From positions 1-64,000 of the forward strand of contig MCFE01000381.1 of NCBI GenBank assembly GCA_002104905.1: DNA of 64,000 nt, in the 5' to 3' direction. Below the pieces are notes generated by a model. The model was given only the letters and a program-made list of their open reading frames with translations, was not told the origin of the DNA and searched no databases. This DNA is from Basidiobolus meristosporus CBS 931.73. Taxonomy: Eukaryota > Fungi > Basidiobolomycota. Below, one piece after another: positions 12,303 through 23,325 of the stretch (positions are counted from its first letter, which is position 1; each line of letters begins with the position of its first letter). The position numbers and the translations under genes are program-made.

Positions 12303-12550
12303 GAAAGTACGTTGGAATCAAGAGCGGGACCTGGTTGGCGTTGGAGTATTTATACCAATGTTCGTGACCAACCACTTGTTTACGTGCCTTCCTAATTAGG
12401 AAGATCGTTTGTTTATCCAACCGCAACGGTCGACGCGTTGGTCATGCTCGGGATTTGAGGAGGTAATCCAATCAGAGCAAGGGTGGAGAATTAGGAGGCA
12501 TTTATTAGGGATAATTAACAGGATGGTTGTGAGGGATGATTATGAGAGAT

Positions 12551-12585
12551 GAGGGATGAGGGATGAGGGATGAGGGATGAGGGAT
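12551..12585 (+). repeat. (GAGGGAT)5 heptamer tandem repeat with G-quadruplex motif
   Basis: Five perfect copies give five GGG tracts with 4-nt loops, about 250 bp upstream of the cyclin paralog 1 start codon. Confidence 0.9.
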
Positions 12586-12640
12586 GATTACTATTATCTA
12601 TGTATGTACAGAACAGAAAGCATTGTTCTACATGAATTAT

Positions 12641-13462
12641 CTACAGATTGGGTGTTCTAGGACTACTGTCGTAGCTGGAGAAACTTTCAGCTGGTGACAC
12701 AGATCTTCTACGCTCTCGCATGTGGTGGTTTACTCGAGCTGTCATGCAAGCCGGCAGACGACCCCGTGCGCCAAGGGGATCATCTGCGCCGGAGGTGGCC
12801 TTGGTGTATAGGACCCTGTCTGGGACAACATCTCCAGTTCGTCTCCAGCTCTCCGTAACACGCCTATCGATCAACTGAACGAAATTGACCCACTGGTCTT
12901 TAGTGACATGAAGACGAAAATTAAGAAAGTAGAGTAACTCGAATTCCATAAGGTTGATCTCTCTTACTGTGAACAAACCGTCGGTGATTGGGACCCAACT
13001 AGAGTTAAGGTACGCATTGTCGTAGAGGAACTTGTTCCCCACAATCAAGGCGGCCAGGAACAGTCGATTCCCAGAGCCCGATACCCCCTTACATGCTGGG
13101 TGTCGCTGCTTCAGCCGAACAAGGTACAGCAACGCGCAGAGTATGTTGTTGATGGGAATCTGGGATTTCATGGTGATCCGAGCGATGAATTCCCGCAGGG
13201 GGATCCCCTTGTAGGTGGTGTCTTTCTCGCATTCGAATAGGGTGTCAAGTATATCCGCCGTCACCTCTGCTCAACAATAGGTGTTAGTATCCGCTGACCT
13301 GAGGTTCGCTGTGAGTTAATTACCGATGAGGTGTTTCCGAAGTTGGTCGCCACGAACATAAGTGTCGGGTGGGGTGAATCTCGGTTTCTGACAGCCTCCA
13401 AGATGCTCATTCTTAATATGGTGATCCGCCCAGCTGTAGGTGGATGTAGTGTTCACTAGCAT
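12641..13462 (-). CDS. Pho80/PCL-family cyclin, paralog 2 (about 254 aa), tandem duplicate
   Basis: Exons 13462-13324 and 13266-12641 (57-nt phase-1 intron at the same position as in paralog 1). NNILCALLYLVRLK, RLFLAALIV and LMEFELLY are shared with paralog 1. Confidence 0.9.
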
Positions 13463-14006
13463 GCTGATTAATGATTCCTTAAAATTGCGTGCCACCCACC
13501 CGGTGATCCACGGTATTTATACTTCCGGGATTGACCGCGTCGCGTTGAAATCGCGACTCCTCGGCAAACTGGAGAACCCACCCGCGATTTGGCCCGATCC
13601 CAGATCGTTCCACCGAAGAGGGCTCGGTTGGATGGATTCGGATCCAGCTTCGGATTCGGCAGTTGTTGATCCAAGGAAAGGGTTCTCTTACGTACAACGG
13701 AAAGCTCCGTTAGTGTTCGAGTCGGCATTGATTGCGTTGTTCCTGTGTCAGGGATCCTTCTCGACGCGCCAAGAAAATAGAGGGTTCTGGTCCAATGACG
13801 AGAACACTGTACTTTTGGCAGTTCACGATCCAACTAGAAAACAGTACAGGAGAGGAAGTCAAGGATATAAATACGAGTGAATAGGATGGCCAGACGTTGT
13901 TGTTTAAATGAAATAAGGTTGGAGAGCGAGGTTACTGTTCAGAACCAGGGATCCCAGGGATTGTTATCCCAGCTGGGGTTGGTTTATTTAAATCGGTTGC
14001 TGGGAA

Positions 14007-14486
14007 ATGTTCCGATATTCGCCAACTGATTTTATGGAATTGGCCACCTCCAAGAATGCTGGTAAAGGGTGGAAGTCGGAGGCGGAATGGAGGAAGTTCG
14101 ACCTCGCCTTCCTGGAAATAAATATTGCTTATGTAGATAAAGTATCCAGTTCCGGCATAGGGTCGGAAGCTGACCTCGACTTGACAGAGGCCAGTTTGGA
14201 AGCAACGGGGTATGCTGGCAATACTAGTGAGGAGGAGTTCGAATGGATCGACGGGTCAACTTCCGGGAAAGCTACAGACTCAGCCGACAAGCCAAAGCAA
14301 GAGACGCCTCCGGAAAGAATCTCCGCTTGGCAAAAGTTTGCTGAGGACCAAACAACAGCCCATCCTGAACCTAGGCCCCAAGTCGGCGGTTGGGGTTCTC
14401 CCCCGAAGGAGTCCATCCCGTGGAACAGCAAGTGCCAAGTTTTCCCAGCCAAGAGGGGGAAATGGCCCTCAGCAGATAGGCATTGA
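14007..14486 (+). CDS. Hypothetical 159-aa protein (acidic/low-complexity), no family recognised
   Basis: ATG-initiated open frame filling an otherwise empty interval, with natural-looking composition. No recognisable domain; upstream exons not excluded. Confidence 0.4.
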   Translation: MFRYSPTDFMELATSKNAGKGWKSEAEWRKFDLAFLEINIAYVDKVSSSGIGSEADLDLTEASLEATGYAGNTSEEEFEWIDGSTSGKATDSADKPKQETPPERISAWQKFAEDQTTAHPEPRPQVGGWGSPPKESIPWNSKCQVFPAKRGKWPSADRH

Positions 14487-14946
14487 TGCTAGCAATCAGA
14501 AGTGTACATTTCGTAAATAAACGAGGTATTGAGCCGGATATGATGAACCAGATAGATTTGCTATACAGCTATTCGGCAAGTCTGTTGGTTTCCAAGGCCA
14601 TGACGTGTCACGACGGGTCATGGGGACAAGACACGCGATGGCCGATAACGTCATAGGGGGATCGGGAAATAGAGGAAATTCTCGAATCTCGAGGAATATC
14701 ACGCGGAAAGGAGGAATGGTGGCCGACATCCAGATTGAAGGTCAGGAAAATTGCTTCTTTGTGTTCTAGGATTTGAAGTTTCTTGGGTCGAGTTTTCCAT
14801 AACCGAAGATTCTTGACTCGAACTTAACTTACCCTTTCAGGTACCAGAGGCTAGTGTAGACGCTGAGACCAGCTCCTTTTGAGTACCCCTCGTTATTCAT
14901 ATTTCCTTTCCTTTCCTTTCTTCCTTGCTTTCCACCCCCTCCCCCG

Positions 14947-16538
14947 ATGAGTGAGCAGACCATCGTGTCTCCAGAGGAGCAGCCCATTCTTGAATCTCTA
15001 GTGGCCATTCGTAACCGTCTTGGTGTGCTAAAGAAGGACCGTAACAATTACTACAAGGCCGCAGATGTGGTCGTTGTTTACGAGAAGGTAAAAAAGCAGG
15101 TTGACCAGTTGCTCTCCGTTCGCCAAAAGGAGGAGCACGACTACGATGAATATCACAATCGAGTGGACACCGTCCTAGATGACGTGTTCCAGCTACTTTC
15201 CTTGTTCTGGATGGCACTCGGGAAAAACAGAGAGCTTCCAGCCACCTATGTCCAGTTGGTCACCATGAAGGTAAGCCTGAAACGTAGCTGTGGCCACTTT
15301 GCACCTCCCCTAAACTCGTCCGGGTCGGTTTTTAGCAATGTCTGAGTAACATGGAGTTGTTCGGAGTTTACTCCCAAGGTATGTTGTCAGTTGGTTGAGC
15401 GAGCAATCCCCCTCCCTCCGCTCACACAGGCTTCGCTCGTTAGAGGATATCACCGCCTTCTCCGACCGTCTTCAAGATATAGAGGGAATCATCAAACAGG
15501 ATAAGGTCCTTGATACCGAGAGCCCCCACCAGCAACATGGGCTGAACCTGCTTGTTTCCAAAAAGCTTGGCCAATGTCGTAAGTGCCGAGTACCGATTGC
15601 CAGAACCCACATAGTCTCACCAACACTGACGTCACCTACCCTTCTCCTTAGAAAACCTTTTGAACAGCCTTCAGGGCTCGTTAGAGAACATGGACAACGA
15701 GCTTGTCCCAACCCACAAATATCTGCTAGACCTCAGCCGGGAGCTGGCCATCATTTCCGCACGAGGCAACTACGACCTCAACCGGGTTCGTGAGATTCAA
15801 GACGAACTTCGAGAGATTGACGGCTCACGCGAGGAGGGGAAATTCGTCGGTAAGAGTGGCGCGGTTCTTACCGGTCAAGCACAAGTTGTTGGTTTGCTTG
15901 AGCGGTGTTACGATATGATTCACGACATCCAGGCCTCGAACGAGATTGTGGCGGAATCCTTGAAGCCTATCCACGAGAGGCTGGAGGATATCAAGATCCA
16001 GCTGCAGAAGTTGGTACTGACACATCGATGGACCCTACGCGAGACCGACCTTTGGGCATACCAGATCCAGCTGAACGAGATCGACGCCCTCAGACAAGAC
16101 GGTTACTTCTACGACGAAGAAAAGAATATCCCCGAGGGCCAGGCGGTGCTGAATTTCTTGCTGCAAAAATGCTACCGCCTTGTCTACCATCTGCTCTCTT
16201 CCAGCGAGCCGATTGCCGAGCCCCTTATGCCCATCCATAACCAGCTGATTACGCTACGAACCTGCCTTCTCGAGGTGAAAAAATGGGGTGGGCCTTTCAC
16301 AGGTAGGCTGGCTTCGCCGATGGCACATGTACGAACCTAACGGCTAATCTCACTTGCTTCCCTAGCCCGCGAACTCTACCCGTACCAGCTCAAGCTTGCC
16401 AGCATTGACAACCTCCGCATCGATGGGAAGTTCCTCGACGAAGACCGGAATGTCCCCGAAGGCCAAGCCATCGTGATGTCCCTTCTTAACGAGTGCTACG
16501 ATATCGTATACGAATTGAAGGCCTGTATCGACGACTGA
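14947..16538 (+). CDS. CUB1: DUF2408/UPF0662 family protein (yeast YPL260W/Cub1-like), multi-exon
   Basis: EEQPILESL..IRNRL..LKKDR, NRVD.VLDDVFQLLSLF, PATY.QL, LTHRWTLRETDLW, PEGQAVLNFLL.KCY.L and RELYPYQLKL..IDNLR motifs across GT-AG-spliced exons. Confidence 0.88.
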
Positions 16539-16631
16539 ACCAACTTCTACACATGACATTCACTCCTACGCTTGCGCTCCCGCTCGCACTCACTACTCTC
16601 ATCCACATCCATTCAGTCCCTCTCCCACACA

Positions 16632-16668
16632 ACACACACACACACACACACACACGCGCGCGCGCGCG
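16632..16668. repeat. Compound (AC)n(GC)n microsatellite, alternating purine-pyrimidine
   Basis: About 12 AC units run directly into about 7 CG units, between the convergent 3' ends of CUB1 and the CaaX gene. Confidence 0.9.
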
Positions 16669-16857
16669 AACCCACTGGTTGTTCCAGATTATTTGCTATT
16701 TATTTAAGATTACTTGTTGAGCCAGTCCTGAATAGAGGGATGGGGGAGGGAAAATAAAGGGTGAGGTTGGACACAACTTCTACGAACCTTCACAATCACT
16801 CATATGATCGTGCGTTTACATTATGTACATCGTTGGGGGAGGGGGAGGAGCCAGATG

Positions 16858-17557
16858 TCAAAGAATGCAGCAACATACACCCCTCTCCCTTGGAAGGGCT
16901 GCTTTCTCCCGGAAGGTCGGTGCATGGGTCAGGGCCCCGGCGAAATCCTGTTTCGGTGGGACCGTAAGTGATGTGGCAAGATTGGGGTGGAACAAAGTGC
17001 AGACTACCTTGCCCGTAGGATCCTCGGCGGCCTCCTAAATTCGAACGAGTCGTCCAGTTATTGCCTGTGGAGATTCGTTGGGAAATCCTCAATCGCTTAC
17101 CATGGGTGTCTTGGTGCTAGAGTACCATCGCTCAGCGATCTCCAGGTGAGCGTCGGCGTCATCGCCATGGCTCATTTTCAGGCGCTTGTACACGGTAGGA
17201 ATCACCACCTCATCGAAATCCACGGGAGGTTTCGGATCCGGAGGTGGCAGGGATGGAGGATCGCGGGCTTCTCTGGCCAGTCTCGGGTCTGGCGGGGGCT
17301 TGTGTTCAGCAGGGGACAGGTTTTGCGCGGTGTACTCGAACGATGAGCGGATCTTGTCACGCTTCCTAAAGGGCTCGGGGACTTTGGATTTCAGGTCGAT
17401 CGGTTCAACCCTGGGGCTCTATAGAAAGTGGTGATAAGTGATCTCGATGAAGTGCCCGACACATCCCCAACGCTTTCCAGCTCCCTACCGAATCTCCGAA
17501 TCGGATCTCGAACGCGGATGGCGGGTCTAGTGTCTTGGTTTCCATGACCATCACCAT
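16858..17557 (-). CDS. Orphan Pro-rich 167-aa protein ending in a CaaX box (..RERGVCCCIL)
   Basis: Exons 17557-17489, 17418-17101, 17034-17008, 16947-16858; three phase-0 GT-AG introns of 70, 66 and 60 nt; no internal stops. Absent from the ORF track. Confidence 0.7.
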
Positions 17558-18375
17558 GGCTACGAATACGCTGAGTTAAGGTAACAAGAGGAGTGGGCCT
17601 CCAAGACCCACTCAATATTTATCTTTCAGAAAAGGAGGTTTTTTCTCCAGCAGTTCACCTGCATCTACACGGAATATCCATTCCAAAACCCACAACAGTG
17701 CCTAACGGGCCCTGCTTGCTAAAGCCTATCAGACCGCCGTCCATCATAAGGGGAAGTCCGTCGAACATGTGTGATCGTTCACACCAAACAGCCAATACAT
17801 GGACGTACATATCGATGGTTTCCATGCCAACTCCTGCTCAACGTTCCAACCACCCACCGATCATTGATTCCTACCGGGTGACGGTTAATCGAAGCGGTTT
17901 CCCGCGGCAAACCGGATCCAGTGCCTACCGAGAACTGATTGTGCTAGGGAAAAAAAATGCGATGGTCACCCATCTCACATGAGAGGGCATCCTCGATCAT
18001 ATCAGCTGGCATTTTTCATGAGAATCCCTGGTGTGACGTTGATTTCCGCCTCTCTGTGGGACGGTCCACCCAGGCCCGCCAAATAGCCGCGTGCTCACTG
18101 GAATGTATCGCATCCGAACTCACCAAACCAGAAAATGCTCGAATCGGGTTCATCCATGGAAAGGTCCCAGATTTTATTAGGTTTCAGGAAACTTGCTCCG
18201 AGTGGGCGAATTAGGTTGGACTATTGTACATAAAGCCAGAGAGAAGATGAGCCTCAACAAAATCGTGATGGATGGTGGTGGTGGCGGGAGAGGATTAGAA
18301 TGAATATGGGTGTCACGCTGGGTGATCTGATTTAATGGAATATTGGGGGGGGATCGTGGTGGCTCGGTAAGAAAA

Positions 18376-20055
18376 TTAAAGCAACATGCCGGCGATGGTG
18401 GCACTCATCAGAGTAGACATGGTGCCACACAACATGGCGGAGAATGCAAGCTCGGCAAGGTCCTTCTTGCGTGAGGGGGCCATGGCACCCAACGCGCCGA
18501 TTTGAATCCCGATGGACCCGAAGTTGGCGAACCCGCAGAGACAGTAAATCCCTAAGAGTGCGGTTCTGGGAAGAAGCTCCCCAGCTGTGGTTAGTTTGGC
18601 TAGCTCCGCGAAGGCGGCGAACTCGTTGATGAACATCTTGGTGGCCATCAAACGGGCGACGGTCAACATGTCTCGAGTGGGGATACCAACCAACCACATG
18701 AATGGGTAGAACACGTATCCCATGATCAACTCGAGGGTCAGGTGATCGATGTTGTAGAAGTTGCCGATCCAGGTGAGGAATGCGTTCACCAAGGCGAGGA
18801 GGGAGATGAACGACAGTACGGTGGCGAGAATCAACAAGGCAAGGTGGATACCTTGGGCAGCTCCGTTGGAGGCGGCATGGAGGAAATTGGCCTCTTTATC
18901 TTCGCTCTCGGGGATGCGAACCTCGCCCTTGGTGACCGGCTCCCCAGTTTCTGGGTAGCGCATCTTGGAGATGGCAAGACCACATGGAACAGACATGACA
19001 CACGAGGTGATCAAGGTTTGAGCATCCACCTTCATGGAGATGAAGGCGACCAACACGGAACCGGAAATGGTGGCGAAACCAGAGGTCATGGCTGAGTGAA
19101 GCTCGCTGCGGGTCAACGTTTCCAAGAATGGCAAGATCAGCAAGGAGGATTCGCCCATACCCACGAAAGGCGAGGCAGCGGCCACCACGGACTCGGCGCC
19201 GCTAGTACCCATCAGTCTGACCATCAACCAGGCGAACTTGCGCACGATCCATTGCATACCACCGAAGTAGTAGACAATCTTAACGATGGCAGCGAAGAAG
19301 ATGACCGCGGGCAATACGGTGAACACGAAGATTCCGATGTTGGCCACGTCGTCGTTGGTGACGAAGGCCAATCCGCTCTTCGAGAACTGCAAAAGGGTGG
19401 AGCAGAGGTTGGAAAGCCAGCTGAAGATGTCGTAGCCGACGGATGTCTTGAGGATGAACAGCCCGAGGAGGAATTGCAGCAACACTCCCACGACGACGGT
19501 TCTCCAGGGGATCAGTTTGCGGTTGTTCGAGGTGGCGAACAGGATTACGATGAATACGAAGAGGCCAAGGAGGGATCTCAACCTGTCCAAACGGCTGCTA
19601 TGTCCTTCCTGGGTGGGGAGGGCAAGAGTCACCGCCACGATTAGGGCGACTGGCAAGAGAACCCCCAGGATAAGTCGGATCTTCTCGGGGATAAGTAGGC
19701 ATCCTCTGATGATGGTCCCAAAGATAAGTCCCAAGGGTTTGGTGAGGATACGGGTGGTGACGTGGTAGAATACGAGTTTTAGGGAGACAAAGGCCCACAA
19801 CAGAGAGAGGACTAGGGTGTCTTTTCCATGCAGGATCCAGGCAGCAATCATCAGCCCAGTGACGATGACAAGTGCGACGAGATGGAACCAGAGGCGATAG
19901 CGGCGGTAAAATGCGGAGCCCTTGCTCTGCTCCACTTCCGCCTCCTTCTTCTCATCTGGGTAGGTGTCATTGGCACTAACGGGCAAGAATGACGTGGGGT
20001 GGGACTCGGTGCTCTTGGAAGCCTCGACGGGTTCAATAGGCCTATCGACAGTCAT
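18376..20055 (-). CDS. CNT1: Concentrative nucleoside transporter (SLC28/CNT, NupC family), intronless
   Basis: 559-codon ORF with IPWRTVVVGVLLQF, FVFTVLP..IFF, MGTSGAES..AAS.FVG..E, MTSGFATISGSVL and LCGFANFGSIGIQIG..APSR motifs, plus a eukaryotic N-terminal TM extension. Confidence 0.95.
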   Translation of the reverse strand: MTVDRPIEPVEASKSTESHPTSFLPVSANDTYPDEKKEAEVEQSKGSAFYRRYRLWFHLVALVIVTGLMIAAWILHGKDTLVLSLLWAFVSLKLVFYHVTTRILTKPLGLIFGTIIRGCLLIPEKIRLILGVLLPVALIVAVTLALPTQEGHSSRLDRLRSLLGLFVFIVILFATSNNRKLIPWRTVVVGVLLQFLLGLFILKTSVGYDIFSWLSNLCSTLLQFSKSGLAFVTNDDVANIGIFVFTVLPAVIFFAAIVKIVYYFGGMQWIVRKFAWLMVRLMGTSGAESVVAAASPFVGMGESSLLILPFLETLTRSELHSAMTSGFATISGSVLVAFISMKVDAQTLITSCVMSVPCGLAISKMRYPETGEPVTKGEVRIPESEDKEANFLHAASNGAAQGIHLALLILATVLSFISLLALVNAFLTWIGNFYNIDHLTLELIMGYVFYPFMWLVGIPTRDMLTVARLMATKMFINEFAAFAELAKLTTAGELLPRTALLGIYCLCGFANFGSIGIQIGALGAMAPSRKKDLAELAFSAMLCGTMSTLMSATIAGMLL

Positions 20056-23000
20056 GATCAATTGGTGAACGAGGTCAGGTTGTCTAGGATGGTCTCCAGG
20101 ATTTATACTTCACTCATGGTTCCATCATTGGGGGGATTGGCCAATATTCGTTGACAAACAGGTACCCGGTGAGCAGGAATTCCCTATACTTGGTAGAAAC
20201 GTAGGTCACACTGACTCTGAAGATAAACTGGATTCCCATGGTAAGAATCTCGCTAACGATCAATCCGAACCTGCCCTATCAACTGCTGGTGTTGGGTTTT
20301 GGCTCTTGAATTCCCAGGGTGTCATTCCCATCGCTTGATGAGCCTAACGTTGCTTAATCCGCCCTGCCCTGCCCTGGCTGCAGGTGACTCGTGATTCGTA
20401 AGTCGTTGCATGTCGCGCTAGAACGTTTCCATTGAATGCGGGAATATTCGAGCGTCCGAGGCGGTGGGAACTGGGTAGATGTCAAGGGCCGGAATCGAGC
20501 TTGGGTGTGCTGTCCATGTTGTTACATCTAGTTGGAACAAACCGCCTCCTATTTGCCAGCTCGCACACCAATCATCTCGCTCTCCCTCCAATTCCCCAAA
20601 TTAAGAAAGCCTTTCATGCAAGCGGATCCCAGTATGGTGATGCACAGCCTTAACTTTCATTTGCCATTGCGCCAGATACGTTCCAAGAATCATTGATCAC
20701 GGTTACACATACTGCTACCCGGATGGCAACACATACATCCCAACTCCAGGTTTCATGCCAACCATCTGAAACCCAACCGAGTCCAAACACACGCAAATTC
20801 CCAGCGGGAGAGGCGTCATGATGGTTTACCACTGCTCCACCGTTGGCGAGGTCACTGGAAAGGCCGGGTGAGTATCCAATAGACGGACGGTTGTTCAAGA
20901 TGCAGGAAGAAATTCCACGAACCAATGTTGGTTGCTGTGCAAGTCTGTGAACGGGTATCCGAAATTTCGTCACATCACACAAATCACTTGTATGGTAGTG
21001 GATTCATGCCTTTTATAATGGGTTTCGGTGGGCTGTGCGACGCATGCCATCTTCCATCCCTATCTCTTTCATTAATCATCTTCCAGAAAATCCCTACCTC
21101 GTCCACGTGAACGTGGGGTCCAGAACTGGGGTCCAGAACTGGATCGTATCTTTCGGCGATGTGACTGTATCCCTGTGGAAACGAGAATCCTTTCATGTAT
21201 TCCACACCTTTAGGAATGGATTCCCTCAGGCTCTCGTACAGAAATCGAACGAATTCGTAGGAAGGCTTGTATTGCACCAGGTATCCCATCCAGCCTGAAG
21301 TGAGCCCCCACTCGCATGGATAGACTGTGGCCCAGGTCCACAAATGGCATAGGTTGTCCTTTCCCCTACAAGGAGACGGACAATGATCGGATCGTATGTA
21401 TGAATCCCAGGATACCTAAGATACCTGACAACTGCCCCGCATACCATCGCCACACATGTTGAAATCAGTAAATAAACGCCAACTCAGTATCATGGCGTCA
21501 ACCAGCAGTCCGGTCATCCAAATATAGGTTTACCTTGCAGACAATCGATAGCTGCCCATCTCTGTATATATATATATATCAAGGCCGCTAGAGTGGACTC
21601 CTACCAAGTTTTCTTGCACCACAAAATCTCCTCTAAATAACTATAGGATATATATGTAGCTAGCATTGGGGTCTTTATGGGCTCCACAGTCCTACGGTCA
21701 GAACATGGCGAGTATGTGCATTGATTCATTCCACATATGATTCTTGGTTGGAAATTACTTCTCATTTTGGAACATAAGGATCTACTTCACCTGCAGGGAT
21801 GTGCTGGAAGTACAAAACTCCTTGCTCTCTGGCTGAGCCTGACCAAACCAAATCAAGAACCTGGAATATGGCTGAACCTATGCTTCTGCTTCTGTTCCGA
21901 TGCATCTGTCATGGAGTAGTGGATACAACGCAGGTCCATTCAGGTCCTTTACACTTAGAAGAACTCATCCTCAAATAGCTTGGTAGGAGTAGTCTCTCGT
22001 AATGCAACATTCCAAGCAGGTGCCAAGCCAGTGTTGGTGGGGGTATTCCGACGAAACCTCCGGAATGCACCAATTCCTTATTAAGCTGAGGGCAGATGAT
22101 ATGGTAAGCCGAGTACACGAGGTGGATACTCAAAGGAAGCTCACAACATCTCGGTGGCGTAGGGATGCCTCATTCATAAGGGATCAGTAGTACAAACAAG
22201 ATACTTCAAACGTGCTACGCTCGCCAACACCGATCTTGTTGCTGGGGGAGGACTTAACCTGTTCGCGGGATCACCGTATATTCGCCTCAATAATTTACCG
22301 AAGACTGCAAAGGAGCATCAAGTCTAGATTGACCGTGGCGAACGTACAGCAGTGATTGTCATTGTCCTATGAAGTCGTTCGTGTGCGGATCTGGATGTTA
22401 GGACATTCAAGAGGTCTAGCAATATCCATGAATGCTGTTACTACTGTAGAGTGAGCTGAATTGATTTGATAAGCCCTGGTGCGCCAATAAACCATCCTTT
22501 TGTAGCATGTCCATGTACCAACCACCTAAAAGAGTGTTCGGCCGTGACGGTAGGGTATTTATGCCCGTGTAATGACAAAAAGCTATTCACAAGAGGTTAT
22601 TATTCCACGTACTAAAAAGGGGAAGGTTCAATATAGTGTCTGGAGGTGGTGGACTATTGGCCATATAGTTATATATATAATGGGTTGAAGAAGTCAGTAA
22701 ACAAACAAGCGCCATCTTCGAATCGTGACATTGATCAAATGTGCAGCCGTTCAAATCCAGGTTGGGACGCGAGGAAATGGCTTATTTTGGATGGGTATCT
22801 ATCCTTATATATATGCTTATATATGGTTGCAGGTATTTTAGATCCTAGTGTACTTTCCTACCAAGTATTCTGCTATCTGACCAGAAGGGTTTGCCCGCCT
22901 CCCCCCCCCCACAGAGTCGCATTCATACAGTAATTATGTCTTTACAGGTCCCATCTTTCTACAATTTGAACGTAAGAAACACACATATTTATCTGTAGAC

Positions 23001-23139
23001 CATTTCGCACCACATATGTGGAATTGCTTATCGGCAATGGCGTGTCCTCCTAGGTCATAAGGAACTACTTCACCCAACTGCATCGTAACTGAAAATATAA
23101 AACTCCTCATACTCCAGTCTGTAATAACCGATTTATTCG

Positions 23140-23325
23140 ATGTCCAGTTCCAAGTTAACCAAGCCTACCAAGTCAGCCAAGCCCACAAAGTCAGTAAAGT
23201 CAAGAGCCTGGGGCGTGGTCAAAGGTGTACTCCTCTTTCCGTTCCGATGCATCTACTATGGTGGTGGAAAATACAGCGGAAACCCGTATGTTCCCTATGC
23301 CGGTCCTGAACACTTCGGCTCTTAG
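23140..23325 (+). CDS. Possible small basic protein (61 aa)
   Basis: ATG about 40 nt downstream of a TATAAAA box; KPTKS repeat, short hydrophobic stretch, Gly/Tyr/Pro tail. No homology recognised. Confidence 0.3.
   Translation: MSSSKLTKPTKSAKPTKSVKSRAWGVVKGVLLFPFRCIYYGGGKYSGNPYVPYAGPEHFGS

Noticed and set aside
13440-13880. 146-aa + strand ORF upstream of the orphan at 14007
   Set aside because: No ATG at its start, no motif, overlaps the cyclin 2 start and promoter, and could not be spliced convincingly to 14007.
18332-19798. Several + strand ORFs up to 182 aa
   Set aside because: Antisense shadows of the GC3-rich CNT coding sequence.
20650-21520. Possible degenerate secreted-protein gene on - (frameshifted signal-like MILSWRL/LLISTCVAMVCGA, splice-like sites, 13-bp tandem duplication near 21115-21142)
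   Set aside because: No consistent exon chain or recognisable family could be built; left unannotated.
21650-22450. Coding-looking, stop-interrupted stretch
   Set aside because: No frame gives a recognisable motif; cannot support even a pseudogene call.
22720-22770. GTTCAAATCC B-box/T-loop-like motif suggesting a tRNA
   Set aside because: Flanks do not form a T-stem or cloverleaf.
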